Source of the DNA: a virus | Reading direction: 5' to 3' (one strand) | DNA length: 64,000 bases | Virus record (IMG/VR): IMGVR_UViG_3300044799_000154 | Coordinates: 1 to 64,000 of that record | Shown here: positions 9,790 to 20,608 of the stretch, one piece after another | How the letters are laid out: each line of letters starts with the position of its first letter | Numbering within the stretch: position 1 is the first letter of the stretch | The notes under the pieces: generated by a model | The model's input: only the letters and a program-made list of their open reading frames with translations | The model's database searches: none | What the model was told of the DNA's origin: nothing | Position numbers and translations under genes: made by a program

Positions 9790-10316
9790 TAGAATTCAGA
9801 AAACTGAAAAGAACAGATAAGAAATTGCTCTTGACTTTTGCTAAAGCTTTAACTTCTGACACTAAGATGAGATGGGGTTTACTAGAAGAACCAAAAGATA
9901 TTGCTAGATACATTATGGAAGAAAGACATAGAAATGGTTGCAAGAAGCATACTCAGATAATTGGTATTCAGAACAAAGTAATTGTTTGCTATGGAAAGGT
10001 TAGTGTCTTTGAATCTGGAGTTGGTTATATTGAAGGAATAGTAGTTCGTTCAGATTTACAAGGTAAAAGTATAGGAAAGCAACTGATGACATATCTGGAA
10101 TCTTTAGCTGAGAAAGAGAATTGTCCTTATGTAAAGTTAGAAGTATTCAAGGAGAACACCAAGTCAATTGAATTCTATGAACATATAGGCTACAAGAAGA
10201 GAGGACAATCAAGTGGCTCTTGGTTCATGAGGAAATACTTAAATCCAAATATACCCAAGAAAGAAAATCTGTTCAAGAAAATTAAACGTAAGTTGAAAGC
10301 TAAACGCAAATCCTAG
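9759..10316 (+). CDS. GNAT family acetyltransferase
   Basis: LQGKSIGKQLM and N..SIEFYEHIGY motifs. Confidence 0.85.
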   Translation: MDCLSMGTDVIEFRKLKRTDKKLLLTFAKALTSDTKMRWGLLEEPKDIARYIMEERHRNGCKKHTQIIGIQNKVIVCYGKVSVFESGVGYIEGIVVRSDLQGKSIGKQLMTYLESLAEKENCPYVKLEVFKENTKSIEFYEHIGYKKRGQSSGSWFMRKYLNPNIPKKENLFKKIKRKLKAKRKS

Positions 10317-10404
10317 TTGGGGTGGCAGAGTTTGGTAATGCGTAAGTTTGCTAAACTTAAGCCTGTCTATGACAGCAAGAGTTCAAATCTCTTCCCCAAC
10401 GCCA
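10316..10404 (+). tRNA. trnS: tRNA-Ser (anticodon GCT) with encoded CCA
   Basis: acceptor stem GTTGGGG/CCCCAAC, discriminator G plus CCA, D arm GCA..TGGTAA..TGC, anticodon stem TAAGT/ACTTA with loop TT-GCT-AA (10350-10352), long variable arm CTGTC/GACAG, T arm AAGAG-TTCAAAT-CTCTT. Confidence 0.93.
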
Positions 10405-10426
10405 TCTCATACATGTCACCTTTTCC

Positions 10427-10440
10427 CAAGGTTAACCATC
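10427..10440. repeat. dispersed palindrome copy (CAAGGTTAACCATC)
   Basis: intergenic, just downstream of the tRNA. Confidence 0.75.
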
Positions 10441-10865
10441 TGTAATGGGGGAATCGGGATATGTTTACTGAAGAAACAATTTCCTTAAAAAATATGGAAA
10501 GAGAGAAAAGGAAAATAGAGACTCATCCTAATTCTGCTCACCTTAAGATATTTCCTTTCAAATGCCCTAGTTGCAAGAAGACAGATATATTCTGGTTCAA
10601 TAGCAATGATTTCCTAGTCTGTAGTCATTGCCGTCATATATGGTTACTTGAAGTAGAGAATCCAACACGGAGAGATTGTAAATGAAAACTCCTCTAATCT
10701 GTGAAAGATGTCATAAGAAATTCTTATGTCAAGCTAGAGTTAGTGGAAAATATCCTGTATCCGATTGTGAGACAGTTGAAAAATGTGTCTGTGAGAATTG
10801 TAATCCTGCAAATAGAAAGTCACCTTCTTGTCATAATATTCCTTTTGAAATGAATCCGTCAAGAC

Positions 10866-11159
10866 GTGACAATTGAGGAAGACAACTTGAAAAACTGTGA
10901 AAAATGTGGTTTAGCTCCTGATTTATGTGCTTGCAAAGAAGAAGAGAAAGAGAAGTCAATGCTTGAGAAATATTGCCCAATCTCAGAAAGAGAAAGATGC
11001 GTGATATGTGGTCATATATGTTTTGGACTTATGGATTTTGCACAGCATGTAGCTCAATTTCATGGAATCTCTGCACTTCAGTATTGGAATAAATATGGAC
11101 ACAATGGAGAAAAACAAACTGATGAGACAATCAATCCATCTAAACGTAAACAAGAATAA
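10866..11159 (+). CDS. Zn-finger protein with aIF1/SUI1-like N-terminal knuckle and C2H2 finger; NPSxR tag
   Basis: CEKCGLAPDLCACKE resembles the archaeal aIF1 N-terminal CxxCGLPxxLCxCxE; CVIC..H...H. Confidence 0.5.
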   Translation: MTIEEDNLKNCEKCGLAPDLCACKEEEKEKSMLEKYCPISERERCVICGHICFGLMDFAQHVAQFHGISALQYWNKYGHNGEKQTDETINPSKRKQE

Positions 11160-11197
11160 GAAAATAAAAATGAAATGTCCACATTGTCTGAAAGAAT

Positions 11198-11482
11198 TTG
11201 AGCCTAAAGCTCTTGCTGAATTATATGTATGTCCCTTATGTGGTTGTTGGATGCCTAGATATGAAAGATAAAAAGATTTGGAAAATCTATGTTAAAGATA
11301 ATCTTTGCATTCGATGTGGAAAGTTCATTGATGCTCAAACTTACTTTGGAGTCTTGTGTCAGAAATGTAATGAGTTGTGGATAGAATTTGCTCAAGAGAA
11401 TGGTATATCTCCACTTTATGCAGATTCTAAGAAGAAATTCTGGTATAGTTTCATAGATATGAATCCTTCAAGTAGGTTGTAA
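11198..11482 (+). CDS. Zn-finger protein, family shared with 14998 and 16978; NPSxR tag
   Basis: CxxC..LCxxC..W...W..F...NPSxR. Confidence 0.6.
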   Translation: MSLKLLLNYMYVPYVVVGCLDMKDKKIWKIYVKDNLCIRCGKFIDAQTYFGVLCQKCNELWIEFAQENGISPLYADSKKKFWYSFIDMNPSSRL

Positions 11483-11641
11483 TATGAACCCATCTTTAAG
11501 ATATAGAGTAAAATGTAAACCTGAGAAAGTAACATATCTTGGAGAAGCATTTATTGGTAAAAATTGTTATTATTGGATAAAAGGATATTGTAGTTTCAAA
11601 GGAAAATGTTGCTTCAAAGCAGGAACTAGAATGTGATTTAA

Positions 11642-12631
11642 ATGGAATCAGAAAAACAAGCAAAAATCAAAGAATTATACATGAAATCAGAAATTAAAGC
11701 AATCATCACCTTGTATATCAGACCTGAGACTAGAAAACAGAAGATACTAGATTTATTGAAGAAAGAAGAACCAATAGTTGATAATATCAAGTCTAGGGTA
11801 ACGAGAGAAGGAATCAAAGCATCATTTCAACGTCTTAAAACTTTCATTGAAAGAATACCAAGTTCTGAGAATGGTTATATTATCTGTGTCTCTCCAGAAA
11901 AGCTAGTTTATGTCACAGATATTGTAGTAAATAGAGACAAATACTTTTGTGGTGGAGAATTCTATTCTGTTCCTTTGGAAGAAGAATTAGCATTAAGACT
12001 TCATCCAATAGGAATAATAGCTCTTGATACTCAAGAAGCAACTATTGCTTTTATTGGAAATAGAATTGAGATTCTTAAATCTATGACTTCTGGAATCTCT
12101 GGTAAACATAATAAAGGTGGACAATCTCAAAGAAGATTTGAACGAGAACGAGAAATGGAGATATTGAATTTCTTCCATAGGGTAGCTGATGCTTCTAAAG
12201 TCTTTGTGGAGAGTTATCCAATAGAAGAATTGTTGGTTTCTGGATGTGGACAAACTAAGAACAAGTTTCTTGATTCCAAGTATTTAGATTATAGACTTAA
12301 AGAGAAAGTAACTTTGGTTCTTGATACTCAATATACAGGAGATGCTGGTATCAGAGAAACCCTTCATAAAGCATTACCTTCTCTTGAAAAGAATGCTTAT
12401 GCTAAAGAAGTTAAAGCAGTAGAGGATTTCTTTGAACTTCTAAACAAGAACTTTGAAAGAGTTGTTTATGGGAAAGAAGAAATAGAAAAGAATCTTCATT
12501 CAATTACTAAGATTATCAAGGTAGAAGAAAACCCTTTGAATTATGAGAAAGACACCATAGTCCTTCATTTCAAAGGAGAACATGCTGATAAAATAAGAGG
12601 ACTTGGTGGAATTGTTGGAGTTAAGTGCTAA
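11642..12631 (+). CDS. prf1: class I peptide chain release factor aRF1/eRF1
   Basis: NIKS motif, YFCGGEF (YxCxxxF) and GKHNKGGQSQRRFER (GGQ); shortened domain 3. Confidence 0.93.
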   Translation: MESEKQAKIKELYMKSEIKAIITLYIRPETRKQKILDLLKKEEPIVDNIKSRVTREGIKASFQRLKTFIERIPSSENGYIICVSPEKLVYVTDIVVNRDKYFCGGEFYSVPLEEELALRLHPIGIIALDTQEATIAFIGNRIEILKSMTSGISGKHNKGGQSQRRFEREREMEILNFFHRVADASKVFVESYPIEELLVSGCGQTKNKFLDSKYLDYRLKEKVTLVLDTQYTGDAGIRETLHKALPSLEKNAYAKEVKAVEDFFELLNKNFERVVYGKEEIEKNLHSITKIIKVEENPLNYEKDTIVLHFKGEHADKIRGLGGIVGVKC

Positions 12632-12661
12632 TGGATTAGATGCAAAAGAAGGATTAATGGA

Positions 12662-12916
12662 ATGAAAGGTATGAAGTTATTTAAAATTCACACAGGAAGA
12701 GTAGAAGTTAAATGCTCTATCTGTTGGAAGAATATTCCTGTTGGAGAAGAAAGATTAACAGCCAATCTAGGTTCTGGAATGTATCCACGTCATTATCACA
12801 TTCTTTGTTTCTTGAAGAGATATATCAAAGAGATTAATTATCTTGGAAATAGAATTCAAGTAGAACTGAATCCTTCTTCAAGAAAAACAATAGAAAGCAA
12901 AGAGGAAGAAGAATGA
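12662..12916 (+). CDS. PARP-type Zn-finger-like protein with NPSxR tag
   Basis: CSIC..IP.GE.R....YHILCF. Confidence 0.55.
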   Translation: MKGMKLFKIHTGRVEVKCSICWKNIPVGEERLTANLGSGMYPRHYHILCFLKRYIKEINYLGNRIQVELNPSSRKTIESKEEEE

Positions 12917-13237
12917 GCTTTGAAATGATATTAGGTAAGAAAAAGATAATTATACCAGAAGAGAAAATCTTTCAAATCCCAGAACCAACTGATAATCCTC
13001 TAATTTTCTGGCTTTGGAATCCTGAATTAAAACCAGCTTTTACTATTAGAGAGTCTTCTTTAATCATAATGAATCTTTATTCTGTAAAAGAGATGAAAGA
13101 TTGTGATGCTGATATGGTAGGTTCATCTCTATTTCTAAGTGCAGTTTTGGTAGAAGAACTAACTCATTGTGCTACTTTATCTCTTAGAAATCATAAGAAT
13201 TGGAATAAATGGTTAGAACATCTACAGGAGGAATTAC

Positions 13238-13837
13238 ATGGTAATGAGTAAAAAGAAAATATTTCTTATTCTTCTAGCAGTAATCTTTGGAGGCTATGCT
13301 GGATGGCAATTACTTATACCCAATGAACCTCTTGTGAATATCTACAAGTGGCGATATGAAGAGATGAGTAAACCAGAATATCTTCAAGCTCTTAGAGATT
13401 TCTGTACGAATGAGCTTAATGATTCCATTGAAAACTTAAACTATTCTCAGCTAATAACTTGGGAACACAAACATCTGACATATACTCCTTATCAATTCAA
13501 CAGAGAAGAGATGCCTATTGCAATTCTAAAAGGACTTTTCGGTAGATGTGGAGAATTTGCTCTTTGTTACAATGGTTTATGCCTAGCAAATGGATATGAG
13601 ACAAGATTGATAGTAGATGATTCTAGAGCTACAGGTAACAAAACATCAGGAGACCATGTTTGGGTAGAAGTTAAAATTAATGGAAATTGGATTCATGTAG
13701 ACCCAACTGAATCTCGTTTTAATGACTCAAAGATGTATATCAGAGATTGGAACAAAGAAGTCAATCATGTCGTAGCTATAAGTAAAGATAATTCTGGTAA
13801 CATGGTGATAATAGATGTTACGAAAGATTACCAATGA
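13238..13837 (+). CDS. membrane-anchored transglutaminase-like / PNGase-like Cys hydrolase
   Basis: N-terminal TM; GRCGEFA, DHVWVEV and WIHVDP give a Cys-His-Asp triad. Confidence 0.85.
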   Translation: MVMSKKKIFLILLAVIFGGYAGWQLLIPNEPLVNIYKWRYEEMSKPEYLQALRDFCTNELNDSIENLNYSQLITWEHKHLTYTPYQFNREEMPIAILKGLFGRCGEFALCYNGLCLANGYETRLIVDDSRATGNKTSGDHVWVEVKINGNWIHVDPTESRFNDSKMYIRDWNKEVNHVVAISKDNSGNMVIIDVTKDYQ

Positions 13838-14032
13838 AACAACATTCTCAGAAGAATATTGTAGAATTCTAAGGGAATCACAGCGAAGATTAGCTTTGAT
13901 ATCTGAAGAAGATGATAAGGCTTCTCTTTGGAATGACTACTTTCTGAAACTTCAACTTTTACAAGAATGTATAAATATGAATCCAAGTCGAAGAGACCAT
14001 AAAGAAAATAAAAACTACTCATTTGTAGCTCC

Positions 14033-14524
14033 ATGGATAGTGGGGAAATGAGAATAAAAGTTTTAATTTGTGGAGATAGGAATTGGAATTATCCAGAAGA
14101 CATAGATGCCTTTGTTCAATCCCTTCCAAAGGATACTATTATCATAGAGGGAGAATGCAGAGGAGCAGATATCCAAGCTAAACAATCTGCTATCAAACAT
14201 AAACTCATAGTTGAGAGTTATCCAGCTCAATGGGTAAGATATGGAAAAGGTGCAGGAGTTCTTAGGAACAAAGAAATGCTTGAAATTGGTAAACCTAATT
14301 TGGTAGTTGCATTCCATACTGATTTAGCAAAGAGTAGAGGAACTCGAAATATGATTTCTCTAGCAATGGCTAAAGGATTGCCAGTCACTATCTATGGACA
14401 TTCTATGGAATCCAGAAACATTAATGCCTCAGTTATGCAAAAATTAGCGACCATATGCGGCTCCAGTAGCACATGGTTAACCTTGGATACAGTGCACTGC
14501 CAGTCTGACTTTATAATGGGCTAA
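14033..14524 (+). CDS. SLOG-superfamily (DUF2493/YspA-like) protein
   Basis: VLICGDRNW, IIEGECRGAD, YPAQW..YGKGAG.LRN..ML, SRGTRNM. Confidence 0.8.
   Translation: MDSGEMRIKVLICGDRNWNYPEDIDAFVQSLPKDTIIIEGECRGADIQAKQSAIKHKLIVESYPAQWVRYGKGAGVLRNKEMLEIGKPNLVVAFHTDLAKSRGTRNMISLAMAKGLPVTIYGHSMESRNINASVMQKLATICGSSSTWLTLDTVHCQSDFIMG
14472..14485. repeat. dispersed palindrome copy (CATGGTTAACCTTG)
   Basis: 13/14 match, in the non-conserved tail of the SLOG ORF. Confidence 0.85.
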
Positions 14525-15335
14525 GAAGGAGAAAATAATTAATATGGACAAAAAATGGGAAAATCTAAAAAGAAAGGAAGAAAAGTATATGAAGACACAC
14601 GATACTATGTTTGTCTGTCCTTATTGCAATGCTTTTCTAGTTCCTTGGTCTTGGGATGGGAATCGTGAAAAAGCTAAGACTGGTTATGTATTCCAATATG
14701 TTTGTCAATGTAATTTATCAAAAAGGAAAGGTTCTCCTTCATGGTATGAAACGATTGAGAAAAAAAGAAGAAGTGATTGGTATTTCTTCAATGGAATCCA
14801 ATGGACTAATCCATCTAAAGTTCCTATTTTATTCAATCCTTCGGTGAGATAATGAAAATACCTGAGATTTGTCCAAACTGTAAGAAGAAGACATATTGGA
14901 TTGAGAGGACAGAATTAAACTTTGACTCTGATGAGCCTAGTAGAATAGATGACCAAATCTTCGAATGTGATAATTGTCACACACTTTTCAGAGTTAGATG
15001 GGAATTAAAGTCTTTTCATCAACTTACAGAAGTTCCTACAAATCCCTCGGAAAGAAGCAAGAATGTCAAACATTGAATGAGGGATTCAGCATGAGAGAAA
15101 CCTGTTTTAAATGTAAAGAAAGTTTCAACAGGGAAGCTCTTTTTGAGATTTATCTTACCGTTCATCTTGCAACAGATAGTAATTGTTATCTTTGTCCGAC
15201 ATGTTTGGAAACATGGGTACAGATATACAACAGATGGAAACGAACAAGGCATGATGATTTCTGGAATAGAGGTTGGGATGAATTTCTAAAAAGGAAAGCC
15301 AAGAATATATTTAATCCCTCTATGAGAGGTTCTAC

Positions 15336-15938
15336 ATGAAAATTCTAATTGTAAGTGACCTACACAATAGAGACATTACTTCAATAGTTCCTCAGAAGAC
15401 GTTGAAGGAAGTAGAGTTTATCTTAAGTGCAGGAGACTATGAAAAGTATCCATATCCTATTCAAGCTATAGGCATTTATGGAAATCATGACCCCATCAAA
15501 GAAGTTTTTACTGATAAGACTCTAATAGATTGTAATCTTAAAGTCAAACGAGTGCATGGCTTGAAGTTCATGGGTGTTCAAGGAGTCTTCTGTGGTCAGA
15601 GAAGGTATTACAAGAATCCAAGTTGGTATCATATTCTAGAAGAGGATATTCAACTCAAGTTAGATAAAATGCCCAAAGTAGATTTCTTTATAACTCACTT
15701 TCGAGCAAAAGAAATCTTTGACAGATTCCATCAAGGAAGTCCAGCATTCAGAGAATACATTGAGAAAAAGAAACCATTTTACTACATCTCTGGGCATACT
15801 TGTTTTGATGGTGGATTAGATAGAATAGGAGATACTGTTTGTCTGAATCCACATCCATGTGGAAAGATTCGTTATATAGTGCTTGACCTCAAAACTCAAG
15901 GTATCAAATTTACTGACATTGAACAAACTCGGATTTGA
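15336..15938 (+). CDS. calcineurin-like metallophosphoesterase
   Basis: SDLH, AGD, GNHD, ITH and SGHT motifs. Confidence 0.85.
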   Translation: MKILIVSDLHNRDITSIVPQKTLKEVEFILSAGDYEKYPYPIQAIGIYGNHDPIKEVFTDKTLIDCNLKVKRVHGLKFMGVQGVFCGQRRYYKNPSWYHILEEDIQLKLDKMPKVDFFITHFRAKEIFDRFHQGSPAFREYIEKKKPFYYISGHTCFDGGLDRIGDTVCLNPHPCGKIRYIVLDLKTQGIKFTDIEQTRI

Positions 15939-16526
15939 GATTATGGATTGTCCTTATTGTAAAAATAAGATGGATGTCTCAGAAGTTTCATCAACCTATA
16001 TTTGGAACAAGGGATTACCTAAACCTTTTTGCAATAAAGATTGGAAATATTATACTTGTGAAAAATGTTACAAAGACAAGAAAGGAGAAAATCACTTTTT
16101 CTGTTTTGTTTTTCTTCCAGATAAGGAGATTTACATCTGGGATAATTCCAAACACTACTGGAAAAAATTGAATCTTGCTATAAATCCATCAAGGAGAGAT
16201 AGTCCATACACAAAAGAAGAGAAAACAGGATAATTAAAGACAAAGCAATTAATTGGGATGGAGAAAATTGTTTGCTTATAGATTGCTATCGAGTAAAAAT
16301 AGAATTTAAACCTGATGGCATGATGAGATTCTACTTTTTCAATTGTAACGAGAAAGGAGATTCTTGCATTGAAATCAAAGAACCAATATTTCAAGCAATA
16401 GTTTCTCACGAAAAGGAAAGAACATTTATTTTCAATAATCCTTTTATAAATCCAAGTAAGAGGTTTAATAATGATAAAGCAAAAGACAAAGAATACTGAG
16501 AAAGAGAAGGACATGGCTATCTACTA

Positions 16527-16904
16527 TTGGTATCTAATCCAAAGAATGAGGATGATTTGCTAATGGACATCTGGACACTACTTTTCTTCTTTGCTCTTGC
16601 CTATGCTTTTCTTATGTATTTGAACTATAGAAAGAGGAAACAATTGAAGCAGGAAGCAGATAATCCATTCAAACTCTGGGAAATGAAAGAACAACTCAAG
16701 TGCAAGAAATGTGGAAAGACTTGGGAAATTCCTTTCAAGAGATTTGATTATGTATTTCAAAAGATAGCTGATGAAAGAGCAAAGCACAAAGCAAAGCGTA
16801 AGAACTGTGATGGCGAAGTAGAAGTCTCTGGTATTTGGTATGAATATAGAGAAGAGACTCCTGCTGAAAAGAAATGGAAAAAATTCGAGTCAAGATTCCA
16901 ATAG
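16527..16904 (+). CDS. membrane-anchored Zn-ribbon protein resembling a conserved TACK-archaeal hypothetical
   Basis: TM followed by CKKCG...F...DYVF...I.YE. Confidence 0.45.
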   Translation: MVSNPKNEDDLLMDIWTLLFFFALAYAFLMYLNYRKRKQLKQEADNPFKLWEMKEQLKCKKCGKTWEIPFKRFDYVFQKIADERAKHKAKRKNCDGEVEVSGIWYEYREETPAEKKWKKFESRFQ

Positions 16905-17295
16905 GAACTTGAGGGTAAGGAGAAGACTCTTGTAAAGACAGAGAAAACCTCTGCCCTAAATACTATAGGAATTCCTCTTGAGAACCAAATTTATGCTTGG
17001 TCAAAAGGGAGAATATTCTAACTTCTCCAATTTTATTCCCTCAATAGAAGAGGAATCAAAATTGAAAGAAATCAGATGCTTAAAATGTCATGTAAAACTA
17101 AAACATAATCAAGGATTTAAAGTCAATTGGAATCCTACAGGATGGCTATGTTATTCTTGCCAAAATAAATGGACAGAACTATTTTTCAAAAAGAAATTAG
17201 AAAAAGCCATGTATGGTAAAAGAGAAGAACTTATCAATAAAGTCTGGAGAAATTTTATAGATTTCAATCCTTCTTATAGGTAGGTTGAATAAATT

Positions 17296-18078
17296 ATGGA
17301 ATACCTAAAAGAAAATGATACAAAAGAATTCATTAAACGGTTACCAGATTTGACAGTTAATCCTCTCAATGTTCACTTAATAATGTTAGCTGTTAGGTCT
17401 AGAAAAGCTAGAGAGATAATGGGTTTCAAAGTAAAAGACTTGGTTATTGAAAGACGCATCATTAGACCAATTCCTTATCTTCCAAATCAGAACTTGGACA
17501 TTTCTAATTGGAGAGAGAAATACTTCAATACTGTTTACAATCTTTCTATCCTTCAACATCAAGGAAGATATTCTGTCAAAGGTGTTCTTGCTCCTGCTGA
17601 AGCTATGGGAATCTTTGCTACTTTAAGTCCTAGAAATGTTATGTCTGCTAATGCTGATTTGATGAAAGAGAACATAACCTATTTCTATCAAGGAGATGAT
17701 ACATCCAAAATGGAAATAGCCAAGCTTAGTTCTAGATACTTTGGAATGCTTCATAGACATAAGGATAGAAGTTCTAATTTTGTAACCTTAGATATTGATA
17801 ATGGAGACAAACTTCTTTTCAAGGAAATCTTAGACAAAGTAAGTATCCTTCCTATCTTCATGGCTACTGAGACTTCAAGAGGTTACCACATAGTCTTGAA
17901 TCTTACCAAACCAGAGGATGCTAGAATCTTCTATGGAAAGAATGCTCTTATTCAACAATTAGGTTTAGCTTATGCTAAGAAAGGATTGGAAATTCAGAAG
18001 GACTCGCAAGAACCTGTGGCAGGGACATTGTATTATCGGGAGAAAGGAGTAATCCATTATGTCACAATCTTACAGTAG
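17296..18078 (+). CDS. putative archaeo-eukaryotic primase (AEP)-superfamily protein
   Basis: LDID (DxD) and ETSRGYHIV (motif II). Confidence 0.5.
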   Translation: MEYLKENDTKEFIKRLPDLTVNPLNVHLIMLAVRSRKAREIMGFKVKDLVIERRIIRPIPYLPNQNLDISNWREKYFNTVYNLSILQHQGRYSVKGVLAPAEAMGIFATLSPRNVMSANADLMKENITYFYQGDDTSKMEIAKLSSRYFGMLHRHKDRSSNFVTLDIDNGDKLLFKEILDKVSILPIFMATETSRGYHIVLNLTKPEDARIFYGKNALIQQLGLAYAKKGLEIQKDSQEPVAGTLYYREKGVIHYVTILQ

Positions 18079-18364
18079 AAATATAGAAATCTATTGGATG
18101 CTTATTATGACAGCTATAGCTTTAATCATTTCTGCTACTTTCCTAGAAGGTTGGACTTCAATTTACGTCTTGGTAATTGCTGGAGTTATCTATATTATAT
18201 CTCAGATATTCTTCTGGTGGAATAGATGGAAACATCAGAAGAATGCATGCAATACTACTAATTACCACGGTCTTTCAGGAATTTATTACCAAATGCATGG
18301 GAAATATATCAATTATATTACTCAATTTATTACAAATTTCAGTAATTCCGCCCAGTGCAGAGAG

Positions 18365-18386
18365 CTGGTTAACCATGGTTAACCAG
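18365..18386. repeat. doubled palindrome CTGGTTAACCATGGTTAACCAG
   Basis: perfect 22-bp palindrome containing two GGTTAACC cores, in an AT-rich context. Confidence 0.9.
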
Positions 18387-19910
18387 TAATTAGATTACAA
18401 TTTTATTATATAATTTGAAGGAATTTTCATGAGAATGGTTTGTCCAGAATGTTATCCTTATCTGAAGAATAAGGGCAGAGATACAATAGAATGCTTCCTT
18501 GACAGAGTAGATATCTTTCCTCAATTTCCAGAAGCAGGTCAATGTCCACGCTGTAGGAAAATCTGGAATGATGATGGAAGAGAGATTTTGGTAACTGGAC
18601 AGATTAAAGTAGAACTAAAAGATAAAGAATATAATCCATCAAGGCGAGAAGATTGAGAAATGAAAATAAATCCAAGCAACTTGACCTGAGGGAGCTTTCT
18701 GATGTGGAAAGGATTGCGTTAAGTGGAGATAATCCTTCACTTAGATTCTACTGCTTATACAAAGAGACTTTAGACAAAATTCTCAAAGACATAGAAAAAG
18801 CTAGGGAATCTAATAATAAAAGCAAAGTTCTTGGACTAACTTTGGAAATGTATCTCGCTTATCGAGAAAAAACAGGATGTGAAGGATGCACGAAAGGAGC
18901 AGATAAATGTGTTCATTGGTCACCAGAGAGGGTTGAAGTCAATAGGAGTTAGAAAATGAGTTCAACTACTAAACAAGTAAATAAAAAAGCTGTCAAAGTA
19001 TTCCACTTCTGGTTCTGTTCAAAATGTTTACAAAAAATAGATATGTCCAAATTGCAAGTTGCATTGGATATTCCATTTGGAGACCCTAATGACCTAAGTA
19101 AAAACTTAGAACCAATTGGTTTCAAACTTTGTTGTAAACTATGTGACAATACTACTTTTGTTAAGAAAGAGTTCTCTATTCCCATTGAAGATATCATTGA
19201 GAAAGAACTAGAAAAGCAATTGAAAGAATATACTAACAACAATCGGAATCCAACAAGGAGAAATTAGGAAATGAATGTTATGAGATTACAGGAATATCTT
19301 GAAGCTCACAAAGAAGTGCCAAAAGAAGCTCTCTATTTCTCGAATGAAAGGAAATGCTCTCTTTGCGGCAATTTCTTTCATGTTCAAAATTCAATCTTCC
19401 TTATGGGGACTAAGATAAATAAATATGGTACTATGTCTATGAACCTTTGCAAAGATTGTTTACCCAATTGGCAAAAAGAATTCAAGAAACATAGATTGGT
19501 CTCAACTATTCATGACTGGCATTGGTCTTGTTGGGATTTAGATAAGCCTATGCCTCATACAGAAGTTGATAGAGTTTTCCTTTATTTGGAGAATGGACAG
19601 TTCTTTCTTCAAACAAACTTTAATCCATCCAGACGAGAAAGAGTGGAGGAAATTAGATGATGCGATGTCCTATATGTAATTCTGTGATGAATATTCATGG
19701 TCAACTATCTTTACCAGAGGATAGACCACCTTTTAATTTGACTTCTAAGAAGATTGTTCCTTATTATCAATGTGAAAATTGCTTAAAAAGTCCTAAGAAA
19801 AACTTAGCATATCAAAGAGTGATTGTTGATGGAAAATGGTATTTCTTTAATTGGGGCAGATGGAATTTTTTGAGAGAAAGTATTTTTAATCCAAGTAGGA
19901 GGGCAGACTA

Positions 19911-20366
19911 ATGTATTGGATAAATGAAAGAATAGGAACGGCATCAGCAGATGAGATTACACATGAATATCATCATCTGATAGATAAATATTTTATCTGT
20001 TGTCTAGATATGATAGATGGAAAGAATGACCCAGAGATAATCTATCAAAAGCTAAAGATAGCTTTGAATCAATGGTGTCTTGGAAGGAAAGTAATATTCT
20101 TCTGCTTTGCTGGAATATCTAGAAGTAATGGAATGGCTACAACTCTCATTGCATATTATCAGAATATGGATTGGGAAGATGCTTATACAATTACAAGAAA
20201 GGCTTGTCCTAGAGCACAAGTATGTCTTGATTTTTCTGATTCCTGTAAAATAGCTCTTGAGATGATGAGAACCAGATTAACTAAGAAATGTCCTTTTTGT
20301 AATAGTCCTATTGAATATTGGGAAGAATGTTGTAGTTATTGTTGGTCAAATAGAGTGAAGAAGTGA
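19911..20366 (+). CDS. dual-specificity/tyrosine protein phosphatase
   Basis: CX5R P-loop CFAGISRS; C-terminal Zn ribbon. Confidence 0.85.
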   Translation: MYWINERIGTASADEITHEYHHLIDKYFICCLDMIDGKNDPEIIYQKLKIALNQWCLGRKVIFFCFAGISRSNGMATTLIAYYQNMDWEDAYTITRKACPRAQVCLDFSDSCKIALEMMRTRLTKKCPFCNSPIEYWEECCSYCWSNRVKK

Positions 20367-20608
20367 GAAGTGAATTGTTGGAAATCCAAGAGGCAACTGA
20401 ATGAAAATATTAATCATTTATGATAATAACAATTCACAAGTAAAGAAAGGATACAAAGGAATGTTTTTTACAAATGATTTTGGTATAAGACTTTATTATC
20501 CAAATATTAAAAATCCAATAGATTTGTTTCTAACTTATTTCCATGAAATTCTACATTATCTTTCCAACAAATATTTAGGAAAAGGTGAGAGGATAGTGTG
20601 GATACTTC

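Noticed and set aside
11642-12631. Stop-codon reassignment implied by the encoded release factor
   Set aside because: Long conserved genes are intact in the standard code, all three stops terminate genes, and the tRNA is a sense Ser tRNA, not a suppressor.
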